A DNA stretch of 64,000 nucleotides from a virus (taxonomy: Duplodnaviria > Caudoviricetes): IMG/VR virus record IMGVR_UViG_3300028886_000055, positions 75,731 through 139,730 of that record; one strand, written 5' to 3'. Both the position numbers and the translations under genes were made by a program. Each line of letters starts with the position of its first letter. The first letter of the stretch is position 1. This document shows, one piece after another, positions 1 through 12,710 of this stretch. The notes below the pieces were generated by a model, which was not told the DNA's origin, ran no database searches, and saw only the letters and a program-made list of their open reading frames with translations.

Positions 1-283
1 ATTCACGAGTAAATAATTCGTGACCTTTTCTGTATTTGAAAATAACTTTAGTAAGAATTTCACCATTATTATTTTCAGTTACGTATTCAATACCTTCGAG
101 TTCTTGAATACCTAAATTGTATCTAGCAGCTTCTTTTTCCCAATTATGAACAAGCTCTGAAAAATAGTTATCTACTTTAAAACATTGTGGTGTTGCACAA
201 TTATTCTTAATATCTATCTTCTTATTACAAGAACAATCTTTTTTAGATTGCTAATTTAAATTTATTTTTTCGTATTCTATCAT
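1..283 (-). CDS. Code-15 late protein, runs off the window edge (MIEYEKINLN[TAG]QSKKDCSC...)
   Basis: Frame is open from ATG at 283 to the window edge if one TAG is read as Gln. Confidence 0.75.
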
Positions 284-302
284 AGTTATAATTTAATAGA
301 AC

Positions 303-437
303 TTATAAACTATTATCTAATTCAATTTTAAGTATCTTATTCATAGTATCCTAATAGCAAAAATCCTAGTATCCATTATTTAATAACTTGCAATAATGTT
401 TAACTTCTGCTATTACCTACTATTTAAGAGCATCCAC
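303..437 (-). CDS. Small code-15 protein, 44 aa (GTG start, MDALKQQVIAEV...)
   Basis: Four in-frame TAGs; overlaps the stop of the upstream gene; ends TAA. Confidence 0.55.
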
Positions 438-1317
438 AGTCTGACTGTTTTTTATTTGAAGTTTCATTATTGCAAATCCCATTGCAGGTGCTTATACAAT
501 TAAGTAGTTTATTAGCGGTTACATAATCGTTACATTCTAAAGCGTACTTAATTGCATTAATCACCATCCATAAATAATCACGAATCTAGATTTGAGTTTG
601 GTCTACATTGCTTTTACACTTCGTTTCATTAAGTGAAGAATTATTACATATATTATAACTATTATTAGAACATCCTTTATACTAATCGAACAAATCACTA
701 GCTTTATTTATAAAGCATTTATAAAGGTTACAATATTGAAAGTAATCTTCTTCAATAACTTTAATATTAGTGCCATAGAGATAACCATCAACGATGTCTC
801 TTGAATTTATTTCATCAAGTAAATCATTAATATCGGTAATCTCCATCCAGTAATATAAACCTGAGCTTCTATATGGAGATGGATTAGGTTTTCTGCCTGT
901 AAAACTGAATAATGTACGTGATTTTTCATCAGCAGCTACAATTATTTCAAGTTCATTAGAAATTAGATTTTCAGGATCATCTTTATGTTTTTCCTAATAT
1001 TCTAAATCATCAAATCCATCTTCCATACCTAATTTCTTAACAAGATATTGTTTTGTAGGAACTATAAACGATAGTACTTTATATCTACCATCAGCTAAGG
1101 TTAAATCATAAACCTCACGTTGCTATTTTCCATTAATAATGTGTACAGCTGAATGTTTATCTACAAGAGTTTCAGTACCATCTACATCAATTTTATAAAT
1201 TAATGTAAATACACCAGAATCTTCCCAAGTAGGATTGTATAAAGTACTATTTTCAGGATAGTTTGTAATTGGCATTACTTGAACGCTACAATCACATTTC
1301 TACTCAACTATTCTCAT
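424..1317 (-). CDS. Code-15 late protein, 297 aa, Cys-rich C-terminus (...SDCGCS), probably virion structural
   Basis: Continuous frame with TAG=Gln; sits in the portal operon. Confidence 0.75.
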
Positions 1318-1618
1318 CTTTATTATAATCTAAGTTTTTAAAATACTTAACAATTGGCTTAAATACGGTATCCCAACTTACTAAACTAGCAATAAAACTA
1401 TATAATATCACATTTGAGTACTATCCATTATAACATATTATTCCACCTAAAAGCAATCCACATATCACAGCTATTATACGTTTTACTGCTGTTGAAACAC
1501 CTTTATTTGGGCCGTTAAGCTAATCTATAGTTTTTATAACTAGGTATGTTAATATGTTAACAGTTAACATATAACCGAAGTCAAAACTACCAAGAAGTAA
1601 GTCAATTATTTTTTCCAT
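1304..1618 (-). CDS. Small three-TM membrane protein, holin-like, 104 aa, code 15
   Basis: MEKIIDLLLGSFDFGYMLTVNILTYLVIK...IIAVICGLLLGGIIC...ILYSFIASLVSW; two TAGs. Confidence 0.65.
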
Positions 1619-3813
1619 CATGTAAATCTAACTGTATCATTATAAGGATTACCATCATAAAGCTGATTAAGTTCGATTTTAACTTTCTATTTATCAATTT
1701 CAGTTTGTCCTTCTTTATAGGTTCTATCAGTCTAAGCTTGATACCATCTGATTTCTTTATCGGTTTCAAGTTTAGCCTATTCTAGTTGTAACTTCTATTC
1801 GTTAAGTTGCTCTAGTTTTTGAGACATTTGCTAGTTCTGCTATTGAAGTTGCTACATCTATTGTTGAGCCTATTCAAGTTGTTGTTGAAGTTGATTAATC
1901 TAGTCTAATTCAGCTTTCTTTTTAGCCCATCCTTTTTTCATCATTTGCTTTAATTCAGTCATACTACGACAAGAAATAGCTTCAGCAGCCATATCTGGCT
2001 CTAGCATATTAGCCTATATCATCTATATGACTGTCTATCTCAACTACTCTAAATCTTTAAGAATTTGAGTTGAAGATATAATATGTATATCATAATCTGT
2101 AACTGTAAAATATTCTGGAAGAATTGTAAATACTTTCTACAAATGATCTCCAAGAATAATAGAACCAGTTAAACCATTTTTCCATACAATTTTAGCCATA
2201 TCAACACAATCAATCAATATATCAGTAACTAAAGTATCCATTTGTTGATAAAATGGCTTTGTGATTGTAAATGAATTTTTAGCTCCGGCTTCTATATTAC
2301 TTACAGCATCACGCTATGTAATTCCATTTAACCTTTCTCTAAATACACCTGTAATTGAAGTTACCTGATTTTCAATACGTTCAAGAACTATTTCAAATGC
2401 TTGAATAGCTTGAACTTTTGTAGCATCATCAAATCCAGACATAAATGTATTGTTATTAAATCCTCTACCTTCTTGTGAAGAATCAATAAGAGCTGTACCA
2501 CCTTTTTTATATGCTAACCATTTCTAGATACGTTCTGTCATATCTGAACCTAAAAATGCAGGAAGCATTGAAACATCAAGCCAATCTCCAATTGTACCGC
2601 TGTTAGCAAGAAGATTATCACGTAAGAAAATAGTTACATCATAACGATCTTGTAAAGTTGTACATTGTAAAACAAGGCTAGTTGGTAAATTATCACGATT
2701 CATCATAAATATACCACCTACTGATAGTTTACAATGTCTTGGAGCATCTTGTGTTCTTATAATATTCTAAGATAATCCAGTAGGAATATATATAGAGTTA
2801 CCTATACGTACACCCTCATATCGATTTTGGATATATTTACCTCCCTATTTATCTACGTCAATCCACTCAACTTCAAATACAGGAAGTAGTTTATACATAT
2901 AAGTTTCGTATCCGTCAATTGGAAATCCAGGCACCACTCGTTTACCATTATCTAAATCTCCTTCCATTGGAGCATGAAGTAATGAATTATTATGTGCAGT
3001 AACATACATAAAATTACCATCTTCATAATGATTATGCATATCATCAAGTTCAGATATTGCATCACGAGTCATTCTATCTCCATATTCTGCAAGAATTTGT
3101 TCTCGGGTCATCCATTTACGAATAACTACACGATAACTATCTTTAACATACGGAGAATCTGGATTTCTATCTACAAACGTATTTAAAGGGTTAAGACATT
3201 CAATAACCAAATTAGTACCTTCGGGAGAAGGTTTAGTACGATAAAAAGCACATCCAGCTATTAACAAGTCTTGGAGTAATATTCTTTTTTTATTTGAAAG
3301 ATCGGTTACTCTAGATTGAGATACATAATCTATAACATTTTGTGCTGCTATTTCGTACTCACTTATAAAATTGTTATCAATGTCTTCGATAAGTTTATTT
3401 ATTTGCTAATCAATAGCTGGATCTTTTAAATCCTTTCCATTTACAAAATCAAGAATCTATTTATTTAAATCTTGTTTATATAAATTAAAAAGTTGTCGTT
3501 TTATCTCAAGTAGTTTATCTCTATTTATGTTAGTTAGAGTCTATTCATCTTTACAAGAAACTTTAGCAATTGTTGGTACATCCAAATATTCGCCAAGTAA
3601 TGCATCTACATGCTTTTTAATTAACGGTGTAAACTCAACTTGTGTTGGATTACCTATACCAAAATTTTCTTCAAGATACCTAAACTATTCAGAATCTCGT
3701 CTACCGTTATAGTAATTATAAGCTTTCTATAATTTAAATTTATGATGGACAAGTTCATTAATAGCTTTGTCTACTTGTTCTATTACATATTCTTTACCCC
3801 TCGCAGCAGCCAC
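1618..3813 (-). CDS. Portal protein, crAss-like, 731 aa, code 15
   Basis: GTG start; KAYNYYNGRRD..FRYLEENFGIGNPTQVEFTPLIKKHVDALLGEY; track fragments 2524 and 2845 share this frame and are joined by TAGs; Gln-rich coiled-coil C-terminus; next to terminase. Confidence 0.9.
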
Positions 3814-4072
3814 GTGTAAAATATAATTTTTTTAATTCCGAAAATTCTATACTGTCCCAATGAATCTTTCGTAATTCTTTACATATAAAATTAAGAAACT
3901 ATTCTGCGTTTCCATCAAACGCACATTCATAAGGAATATCATTATGCCCAAAACCTAACTGTAATTTATAACCAGATTTAAGTTTAATTACTTTGATCAT
4001 TCCAGTATATTCTTTTTCATAAACGTTTTTAATAATATCCAAGACTGCTGATTCTAAGTCTTTCGTATCCAT
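3794..4072 (-). CDS. Small protein between terminase and portal, 92 aa, code 15
   Basis: Track ORF 3899..4087 extends through TAG to TAA at 3794 (...TRGCCEG*). Confidence 0.75.
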
Positions 4073-6311
4073 AATATGAATCAACATCTATTATATTTGT
4101 GTCTATTGTAGCATTAACTTCAGTTGTAGGAGCTTTAGGAATTCTACCTTTGTGAATAATTCCACGTTCATCTTTCCAATAGCCAAAGTCTTCAAATTTA
4201 TCTTGTTGCGAATCTATTTTTGGCTAAACAAACATTAATTCTTCATTAGCAAGAAATGCCATTTGCATAGCAGCTACAATATCAAATTTTCTTTTATTTT
4301 CATAAGAATATCTTGACAATTCATCAAGGATTTCTCTAAACCAAATTTCACCACAATATTCATCAATATAATCAGAGATCATATCAAGTCCATGTTTAAT
4401 TGTAGTTTCGTTGGCTGGAGCACCAAATTGTCGACTTTTACCGTTCTATATATCGGATTGACAGGCTCTAGGTCTTCGCATTAAATAACGATTTTCACAT
4501 TTTTTACTTCTAAAGAATTGAAGTAAAGATATACGAGTAGATTCAAGGCAAGCTTTCGCATTATACCATTGTAATAATCTCAGACACATTACATGTGCAT
4601 CCCTAACTTTTTGTGGCCTATCTTTATAATAAGCTACAATTTGAGGAGGATGCATACCATAAGCACGTCTAAGTATTACTACACAGAAATCAGATGGATC
4701 TTTATAACTAGCAGATGTATCTTCCTAACCTAAATCAATACCGTCAATTCCAGCAACATATAAATTAACTGGAACTTGTTTATCATCATCTATTTTAGGA
4801 GCTTCTAACACATGAACTTTTCCACCTTGTTGTGATACAAATTTCACACCTTCGATCATTTCATCAGTAACAACATTATCTTTAAATATGTATTCCAAAG
4901 TTCCATGCTAGATTGTAGGTACATCTTTACCATTCATAAGTATCCTAGCCATCTATTCTGCAATAAGTGCTTGGTCGAATTGGTTTTCACCTTCAAGAGC
5001 AAATGCTTCTTCTGCTGTAAAACAGTGTTCAGCACATTCGCGTTTATACTCTTTTGGCATACTTAATAGATTGTTTCGAGTTAGATTTCTAAACTTTTTA
5101 ACTTCCTCTCTATCAACTACACCTCTGTCATCAATAAATCGTATATATTTACCTTCTTCTGATTCATATCCATCTTTTAAAATAAAGTCAGCTGCAGATA
5201 CAAAAAATCCTGATAATTTGTATTCACCACTATCAAAATTATTATGTCTGTATGGAAGTATATTAAAAGCAATTGGATTATAAAACATATCTCTTAACTA
5301 ATCCACTGATTTCATATCACCTCCGGTACCAAATACAATTCTTGTACCTATCTTATTACCTCCAACTTCTACAAGAGCATTACCTTTAATATAAGTTTCT
5401 TTTAAAATAGGATTTGAACCTGCTTCTTCGTATAAGAGTAGATCAATACGATCACCACGAAGTTTACTAGACTAATCTATGACTAATCCTTCTATATCAG
5501 AATTCCAGGAGTTTGGTAATTCTTCACGCTATTTATTTATTTTTGATGCCTTTTTATGATAAGCAGTATTCATTTTCTAACGAACGTGTCTCATACCGCC
5601 TTCTGTATCAGCATTTAAAAAGTCTAACTATAGCCAAGCTTTTTTTAATGAGTCAGATACGAATTTGTCAGTTGCAGCAATTATAACATTGTGAGTATTA
5701 CGTCTAGTACTGTAATTATTAACTAATAAACTAGCTCCAATTTCTGACCAGCCAATACCACGACTTTTAACTGTTAAAACATCATGTTTTAATATCTAAC
5801 CCATCTCTATATAATGAAAATATTCGTATTGCTTATCAACAAAAGCTGGAAATATTAAACCTCTACCCTAGCCTGCTTTTTTAACATCAGTTTCGGGTAG
5901 TCTATAATAATTTAAAAAGAAATAGTGATCTCCAGTAATTCTATAACCATTAACACTCATACCGTTATTACATCGATCATATTCCTTTTTCCAAAAATCC
6001 ATATAAGCTTTAGTTCCCTATGGGTATGAACAATATTTACCTGTCTGTAATTTAACTTCTCTAGCTTCTGTAAACCATTCTGGTTTAAAGTCTAAACCCT
6101 TAGTTTTAGTTAACGGTCTGTAACCAGTTAATTCATAAGATAAATCAGAATCAAAATAATCAATTTTATCGTTTAATTTAACGTCCCAAGTCATTACGTC
6201 TTTATTAAATAAAGACTCTCTTAAAGCTTGTATATTATTATCAAGTGCTTGCTACTAGAGTTTATCCTAATTTATTTTTAAAGTAGGATTCTATTTCTTT
6301 TTACGAGGCAT
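4029..6311 (-). CDS. terL: Terminase large subunit, 760 aa, code 15
   Basis: GYRITGDHYFFLNYY; Walker A VKSRGIGWSE; Walker B LLYEEAGS; coupling motif FGTGGD; nuclease YVAGIDGID..SDFCVV; C-terminal KFDIVAAM; track fragments 4446 and 4953 are in this frame. Confidence 0.95.
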
Positions 6312-6649
6312 TATTTTCTTTTAGGTTTTACATCAGGTTTCCACGTAGGTCTTTGATTTTCATTAGTTGGAGTATCCTACTCTTTAGTATATTTTCTATT
6401 ACCTCTACTATCAAAACGTTCAGGATGATTCTTTTTTTCTTCTTGAAGCTTTTTTGCTTGTTTTTCCTGTTCTTGTTTTAATTTATAATTCTATTGAAAT
6501 TGTTTAAACTTATTACCTTGTTGTAACTTAGCTCCACCACAATCTTTTTTCATTTTAGCTTTACCCCCGCATTTGTATTGTTGTAAATCACTGTCTGTAA
6601 TACCTGCAATCTATGAGGCAAAATCATACATTTCTTCGTTTGAAATCAT
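6311..6649 (-). CDS. Basic code-15 protein, 112 aa, with YKCGGK / KDCGGAK motifs
   Basis: Open frame with three TAGs; abuts the terL start. Confidence 0.7.
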
Positions 6650-6660
6650 AATTATAAATA

Positions 6661-7239
6661 TTAATCAAAAGCGCCGATTTCTACATCACCCATAAGACCA
6701 TTACTGTCTTGTTCAAGCTCTTTCTTATATAGAATCTCAAGTGCTTTAAGTTGTTCTATTACATCTGAAACACCTTTCATTTCGGCCATTACATCTTTAA
6801 CTTTAAATACTGGTTTTCCATTTGGATCACGTTCATCTAAATCAATAATGGTATCGAAATAATCGGTAATTTTATCTACTGTACCTTTAGCAGCATTTAT
6901 AAGCCTAAGTATTCTAGAGGAATTCTGAAGTTCTCGATATTTACGACAAGCTGCTCTAAATTCTGGATTATTCCATTCTTCTTCTGTTAGATGTGCATCC
7001 TCTATACAAGCCTAGTGTCTTTCTTGTTCATCATAGTCTGAATAGGGACTGGCCCAATCTAACATTAACCATATATAAGTTAGTTCTCTATATGCTCTTA
7101 GACGTTTTCCTCCAGTTTTATCCTCTTTACATTCATTTCTCTTCTTATCCCATAACGCTGCAAATTCTTTTATTATAAGAACTTCAGGTTCATTAATAGT
7201 TATTTCATTAGTCGCATTATCAAAGAGGAAAAATTTCAT
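6661..7239 (-). CDS. crAss-like protein upstream of terL, 192 aa, code 15 (possible terminase small subunit)
   Basis: Track ORF 7012..7239 extends through TAG to ...GDVEIGAFD*; function inferred from position only. Confidence 0.7.
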
Positions 7240-7241
7240 AA

Positions 7242-7934
7242 TTAGTGTCTAAAGAAAGGAATACTTATAATATTTGCAGTTTTTACAGCTCTATCTTTTG
7301 GTTGTACTTGATTGTATGCTCTATCAAAAGCAGGTTTTGTTGATCTAAAACTTACAACAGGTTTTTCCATATTAGGTCCCCAATAATTATATATAGTATC
7401 GTTACCATTAGGAGTTACATCAATATTTCTTTCGTAAACTCTTCCGTCACCATATTTTACATAATCTATCTAGTTAGAATATCCTGGAGATTTTTTGTAT
7501 TTACTAATAATAGTGGTTGATTTAGGATTATTTTTTCCACTTTGCATTTTATTTATACCTCCATCTTTAAAATAAGTAGTTACATGGAATACGCCCTTAG
7601 TAGGATCTAGTTTTTTACCTTTTTCACATTTCTTGCACTTACCGCCTTTCTTCATATAACCTTCAGGACAAGTGTTATTAAGGGCTTTAATTCTATTTAA
7701 TTTAGCTCCTTTTTCTGCTTTCTACGTTTGCTTCTATTTTATTACTTCTGCCATAGTTTGTGCTACAGCTTCTGGTCCCTACTCAGCTACTTGTACACAA
7801 GCTTGAATACCATCATCACCTAACATCTAAAGAACTTGCTAAAATCCTTCTTTACTAGGTTGCTATTTCATAGCTTTTGATAGCAATTGATATCCTTGAG
7901 CAAGAACACTCATTATTTTCTCTTGATCGTTCAT
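7242..7934 (-). CDS. Code-15 protein, 230 aa, with AEKGAKL / MKKGGK / FKDGGI motifs
   Basis: Several TAGs join track ORF 7470..7655 into one frame. Confidence 0.75.
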
Positions 7935-8146
7935 ATCTTAATCAAATCTTTAGTTGAAAATACAGCTTCCTAAAGAAATCCATCTTTAGTAAACCATCTA
8001 CATCTCATACCTTTAAACTATTCAGATTTATCCGACATTCTAAAGGCCATAGTTTCTTTACCTATTATTAACATTGTAGGTTTATTAGGAAGTTCTTGGC
8101 GAACTGTTACTAGCTCACCAGGAACAAAATATACTTTATCTTCCAT
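7931..8146 (-). CDS. YodC/DUF2158-like small protein, 71 aa, code 15
   Basis: FVPGELVTVR...PTML...RCRWFTKDGFLQEAVFSTKDL; two TAGs. Confidence 0.65.
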
Positions 8147-8147
8147 A

Positions 8148-8711
8148 TTACTTTTCTTCTTTATTAATTTTTTCGAAACGCTCTTTTACACCAGCGTTAA
8201 TTACTACATGAATTTGATGTTCAGAAACAACATACAATCCTTGTCCAAAGAATGGAACAGGAACTTGACAAGCTTCACGATAATAAACAACATCACCAGG
8301 TCTTACATATTTAACCATCGGTCCAACTTCAATAACATCCGCTTGAGTTGATAAGTTATACTCCTTATCGTCTTCTCCAGTATCTGGGTTTTTAAACGAA
8401 CCATCATATACTGGAATAATAATACCATTTTCTTCTCGCATGGCTTCAAATGGATTTTCTGCATAAGGTCTTACAAGAATGTAACTATTTGCAGGAATAA
8501 TTTCCATATCTTTTGCCTTTTCGGCAACTTCTTTACCTTTTGCAAGCTTTCTATCAATTTCAGCTTTTACAGCTTCAGTTTTCTTATTTACTTCCTTATT
8601 AAAACTTTCTATTGCTTGTTTTTTAGTAGCTTCGTCAAGTGTTTGTGCATTTGCAAAACTTACTGCTGTGTCTCCTCCAAAAAAATTCATTTTACCATTT
8701 TCCATAATCAT
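8148..8711 (-). CDS. GroES-like co-chaperonin with N-terminal extension
   Basis: IIPANSYILVRP...GIIIP...ADVIEVGP...VRPGDVVYY. Confidence 0.75.
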   Translation of the reverse strand: MIMENGKMNFFGGDTAVSFANAQTLDEATKKQAIESFNKEVNKKTEAVKAEIDRKLAKGKEVAEKAKDMEIIPANSYILVRPYAENPFEAMREENGIIIPVYDGSFKNPDTGEDDKEYNLSTQADVIEVGPMVKYVRPGDVVYYREACQVPVPFFGQGLYVVSEHQIHVVINAGVKERFEKINKEEK

Positions 8712-8734
8712 TTACATTTTTTTAATTGTTAATA

Positions 8735-8953
8735 TTACCACTTTTCTAAGTAACAGGTTTCGGATTTAACTGATATTTTACTTTTAATTATACATCCACA
8801 TATATCACAATATTCTCCAAAACCTTTTGCTTTTTTTATATATTCACATTTTTTACAAATACTATATCTTCGTTTATAGTAACTAGGTCTTATTCTAAAT
8901 ACATTTCTAAAAGTTCCTAATAATATATTAGGTAGATTCTTTATTATTTTCAT
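8735..8953 (-). CDS. Small Zn-binding protein (CxxC...CxxCGC...C.L.KW)
   Basis: Cys pattern; paralogous to 9560..9830. Confidence 0.7.
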   Translation of the reverse strand: MKIIKNLPNILLGTFRNVFRIRPSYYKRRYSICKKCEYIKKAKGFGEYCDICGCIIKSKISVKSETCYLEKW

Positions 8954-9566
8954 TATATGCAAATTCTCCATAATATTCTTTTTCTGCTTTTAACCTGACT
9001 TTAACCGCTTCTTCATAAGTATCAAATCTACCTAAACTCTTAGTTTTATTGTTTATTGTGACTTGAGCTGCCCATTTACCTCGTTCTTTACAATAATAAA
9101 CTCCTTTACATCCAGATTTATTATTTTTAGGTGTGTGACAATTACAAATGTTTTCTGCATTACAACAAGTTCTTAAATTAGATTTTCTATTATCTAATCC
9201 ATTATGATTTATATGATCTACAAATATATTCTTATCGGTAATGTCTAAAATAAACCGGTGCAATCTTCCAAACTTACTATTAATACAATAAAACGTACTT
9301 CTTTGTTTTTCAGATTTATGCCATTTTATGTCTTTAATTTTATCTATATCTTCTAAATCAATTAATGCTCTCCCACATTCTTTTTGATTTTTATCATATA
9401 AAATAATTTCTGCATAATCTTCATATTTAATTATTTCATTTGGATCTGCATTAGTTCTTTCTAGAATTCTACCATGCTTTCTGAGTTGAGTATAATGTTT
9501 AGAACAATAACCTTTTGCTAACACTTTATTATTGCATCCTTCTACTTTACACATAATCATTACCAT
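8928..9566 (-). CDS. Free-standing HNH homing endonuclease with AP2 DNA-binding domain
   Basis: LHRFI...VDHINHNGLDNRKSNLR; SGCKGVY...KWAAQV...LGRFDTYEEAVKVR. Confidence 0.9.
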   Translation of the reverse strand: MVMIMCKVEGCNNKVLAKGYCSKHYTQLRKHGRILERTNADPNEIIKYEDYAEIILYDKNQKECGRALIDLEDIDKIKDIKWHKSEKQRSTFYCINSKFGRLHRFILDITDKNIFVDHINHNGLDNRKSNLRTCCNAENICNCHTPKNNKSGCKGVYYCKERGKWAAQVTINNKTKSLGRFDTYEEAVKVRLKAEKEYYGEFAYNENNKEST

Positions 9567-9830
9567 TTACCTACTGGACAATGTGTGTAAGACAATTTAG
9601 TCTTACTACTCAATTTACATCCACAACCTGATTTATATCCAGGTTTTTTAGTTTCAGAAACTTCTCCTGTAATTGTATCTAAATAAAGTCTACTGTTACA
9701 TACTGGTCCCATAGCAGTTTGTTTATATAGTGGACACTCTCGGCAAATATCCATTCTTTGTTCAAAAATATCTTGATTTTTACCGAGAGCTTCTTTTACA
9801 TGTCCATCAATTATCGCTTTTAATCCCATA
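9560..9830 (-). CDS. Small Zn-binding protein (CRECP...CGC.L.SK...CPVGKW)
   Basis: Cys pattern; likely start MGLKAIIDG. Confidence 0.7.
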
Positions 9831-9885
9831 TTTTCTATACTTAATTTTAACGTCTGAATTATCTGAATTCTAGTCCCGCTCTTAC

Positions 9886-10803
9886 TCAAAATTCTATGGG
9901 TTTGCGAGCATTTTTTCTTTTTTCTAGAATGATTGATTTTTTATAATCTTTAAGCATCCGTTCTACTTCATTTTTAAGATAATTAAGTTCATATTCTTTA
10001 GTATTACCTTGATGATCAAAATGTACTATTTTTAATCCTGCAATTTTAAATTCAGGATTAAGTTTTTGAACCATCCAAGCATAAGTAGAAAGTTGCATAG
10101 TGTAGTGCAATAAGTTACAATCCATTAAATTGTTTAAAGGATATTTCATCATATCAAATTTTTTTAATTGTGGATTGTAGTATGATTTTTCATCAAGTTT
10201 CTTATTTGTTTTCCAATCTATGATCCATATATCGTTACCTTCTTTAACTAATAAATCCACTTGCCCAGCTATCTTTAAAATCCCATCGTCAGATTGCCTA
10301 AAGATTAAATATTCTGGAAATACGCCATTTTCAATATCTAATAAGCTCGTTCCAGAATCTTCTAAAGTTTGATTGGTATTTACTTGAAATTTACCTCCTA
10401 AACCAAACTTTTTTAAATCAGTTGTTTTTTTACTTGTAAACATGTTTTCTAAATCTGCGTGAATTTTAGTTCCACGTTCACAAGCTGTTTCGTTTTCTTT
10501 TTGCCAACCATCAAGAACTGCTTGTTGTTCTCGATTGAAATCGTTTTCAGTAATACCATACATATCAATATAGTATTTAAGCTCTATCTTTTTAGTATCA
10601 AGTAGCATCTCCTTTTCTATTTTAAAGTTCTCTTTACTGAGTAATTTTTCTAAAGCTTTATACCCAGACCAGAATTCTTTATCAAACGGTTGGCAATACT
10701 TTCCAATTAATGTTGTTACACTTATGTATTTACCATTATCATCCCAGTATAAATGTTCTTCATCATTATACTTCACATTACCATTTTTCTTATCAATTTT
10801 CAT
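9886..10803 (-). CDS. PD-(D/E)XK superfamily nuclease
   Basis: YISVTTLI; RGTKIH; AGQVDLL...IIDWKT; QLSTYA. Confidence 0.85.
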   Translation of the reverse strand: MKIDKKNGNVKYNDEEHLYWDDNGKYISVTTLIGKYCQPFDKEFWSGYKALEKLLSKENFKIEKEMLLDTKKIELKYYIDMYGITENDFNREQQAVLDGWQKENETACERGTKIHADLENMFTSKKTTDLKKFGLGGKFQVNTNQTLEDSGTSLLDIENGVFPEYLIFRQSDDGILKIAGQVDLLVKEGNDIWIIDWKTNKKLDEKSYYNPQLKKFDMMKYPLNNLMDCNLLHYTMQLSTYAWMVQKLNPEFKIAGLKIVHFDHQGNTKEYELNYLKNEVERMLKDYKKSIILEKRKNARKPIEF

Positions 10804-11489
10804 AATTCTTTAATTCCATGAACATAATTGTAATCTAATAAAACTGCTAAAGGCTATATATTTGGAGCTATAGCCTTTCTAATATCATCTAATGTTAATT
10901 CCGAAAGTTCTTGTTTATAAAGAACAACTAACATACCTACGGATCCATCTACTCCAATAATCGGATAAAAAACAGCAGATGAGGCGTTACTTCTCTCTAT
11001 TAAATACGTAAACTTTGGATATTCCTCTCTAAACATCTGTACGTTGTGCATCAATAAACACCTGCGTATTGTTATTTTTTGAATTTCTTCTCCATAATTC
11101 ATATAATCTAATTCCTTCCAGTAATCAATACAAGGATTAGATTCCTAAAAACTTTCACATAACCCTGTTAAATATCTATAAGATAATCCATGAGAACTAG
11201 TTAAGGTGTTATGATAATTTAGTAATAGTACGTTTGTAGCTTTTTCATCCTGAGTTAAAATATCTTCAAGAATATTATGAACCTTAGGAGTTATTTCTAT
11301 CGTATACTATTCTCGATCTTGTTTAGCTTTAGTCTCACGCTATATTTCTTGTCTAAACATATTCACCATTCCGTCTTTACTACACTGGAATAGGACAACT
11401 CCCATTAAAAATATTATAAGGAGTCGTAAGAAATCTGGAGATAACTTTGCAAGCCATTCCCAAATAATTTTTAAATTTGATAAATTCAT
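10800..11489 (-). CDS. Probable holin with one N-terminal TM and a soluble GAF-like C-terminal domain (T4 T-holin-like layout), 229 aa, code 15
   Basis: LRLLIIFLMGVVLF TM; VLLLNYHN...SAVFYPIIGVDGSVGMLVV; track ORF 10854..11102 extends both ways through TAGs. Confidence 0.6.
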
Positions 11490-11674
11490 TGTATCTTATT
11501 CTACATATTTAGCTATGTATTGTTTATAATTATTAAGTCGTGCTATTAATTCTATCAAAAGTTATTTATTGCACATTTATCTATTTGTTTATACACAAAA
11601 ATATTAATAATTTTACTAACTAACAAGTAAATAATGAAGAAGATAAATTTTATAAATCCAAACATATATAATCT

Positions 11675-11992
11675 ATGAACTTTTATAGTATAAACACTTT
11701 TTAGCATATTCCATATTTTAAAAATGGACATAAGATACATATAAAGAAAAGCAATCGTGGTAAATTTACAGAATATTGTAATGGTAAAGTTACAGATGAA
11801 TGTATTTAGAGAGGAAAGAATAGCAAAGATCCAAAAATTAGGAAGAGAGCTACTTTTGCAGCAAATGCAAGACATTGGTCTAAAAAAGACGGAGGAACGT
11901 TTGGTTTAAATATGCATTCTCCAGCTGTTTTCCCTGAAGTTACTTAGATGACCAATCATTGGTATGCAATAAAAAAGAAATATGTTAAATGA
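11675..11992 (+). CDS. Small basic code-15 protein (IHIKKSNRGKFTEYC...KRATFAANARHWSKKDGG)
   Basis: Three in-frame TAGs; absent from the ORF track. Confidence 0.75.
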
Positions 11993-12710
11993 TACTTTTG
12001 TAACTTATGAAAATATTGAACAAAAATAGCCTGTAACTGATTTTTCAGAAATAGAATAGTTGAATTCAGAATTATTCAATCCTTATTCAGATATGAATTT
12101 ACAAATTTCTGGAACGTCATTTGCTCCAAAACAAGGATTGTATGACTCACTATTAGGATAGATTTCCCAACAAGTTGAAAACTAGCAAACTTCTCAGCAA
12201 GTTAGTTCATAGCAGAATATTCCCACTGGAGATAGGCGTAGCTATGTTAAAAATTGGTTAATGAAAAATCAAGGATTATCTAATGAACAAGCATCTGCAC
12301 TAACTGGAGTATGGTGGGCAGAATCTCATCTTAATCCTGGAATTCATGAAATCGGTAAAGAAAATAATCCTTATGCTGGTAAAGGTATTGCACAATGGAC
12401 AGGCAGATAGAGATAGAAACACGCAGAAGATATATATAGACAAATATATGGTAAATCTAAACCTATAAAAGAAATGTCTTTAGATGAACAATTAAATGTT
12501 GCTATTGCTGAATTTAAAGAACGTGGTACTTGGCAACAGTTCTTAAACGCCAAAGATATTAAAACAGCAACTGATGTCGTATGGAGAGGCTACGAAAATG
12601 GGTACAACACTTTAGCTTCTCACGAATCAATGAAAAAAACTTATGGTAAAAATTATAACAAATAGTGGGCTGATAGGTTTAGATTTGCACAGGAAATAAG
12701 TAGAATATAA
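11982..12710 (+). CDS. Phage tail-lysozyme-domain protein, 242 aa, code 15
   Basis: GLSNEQASALTGVWWAESHLNP...GKGIAQWTG.R; includes track ORF 12474. Confidence 0.85.

Noticed and set aside
1618-4072. Fusion of the 92 aa gene with the portal
   Set aside because: The frames differ; the upstream gene stops at TAA 3794 and the portal starts at GTG 3813
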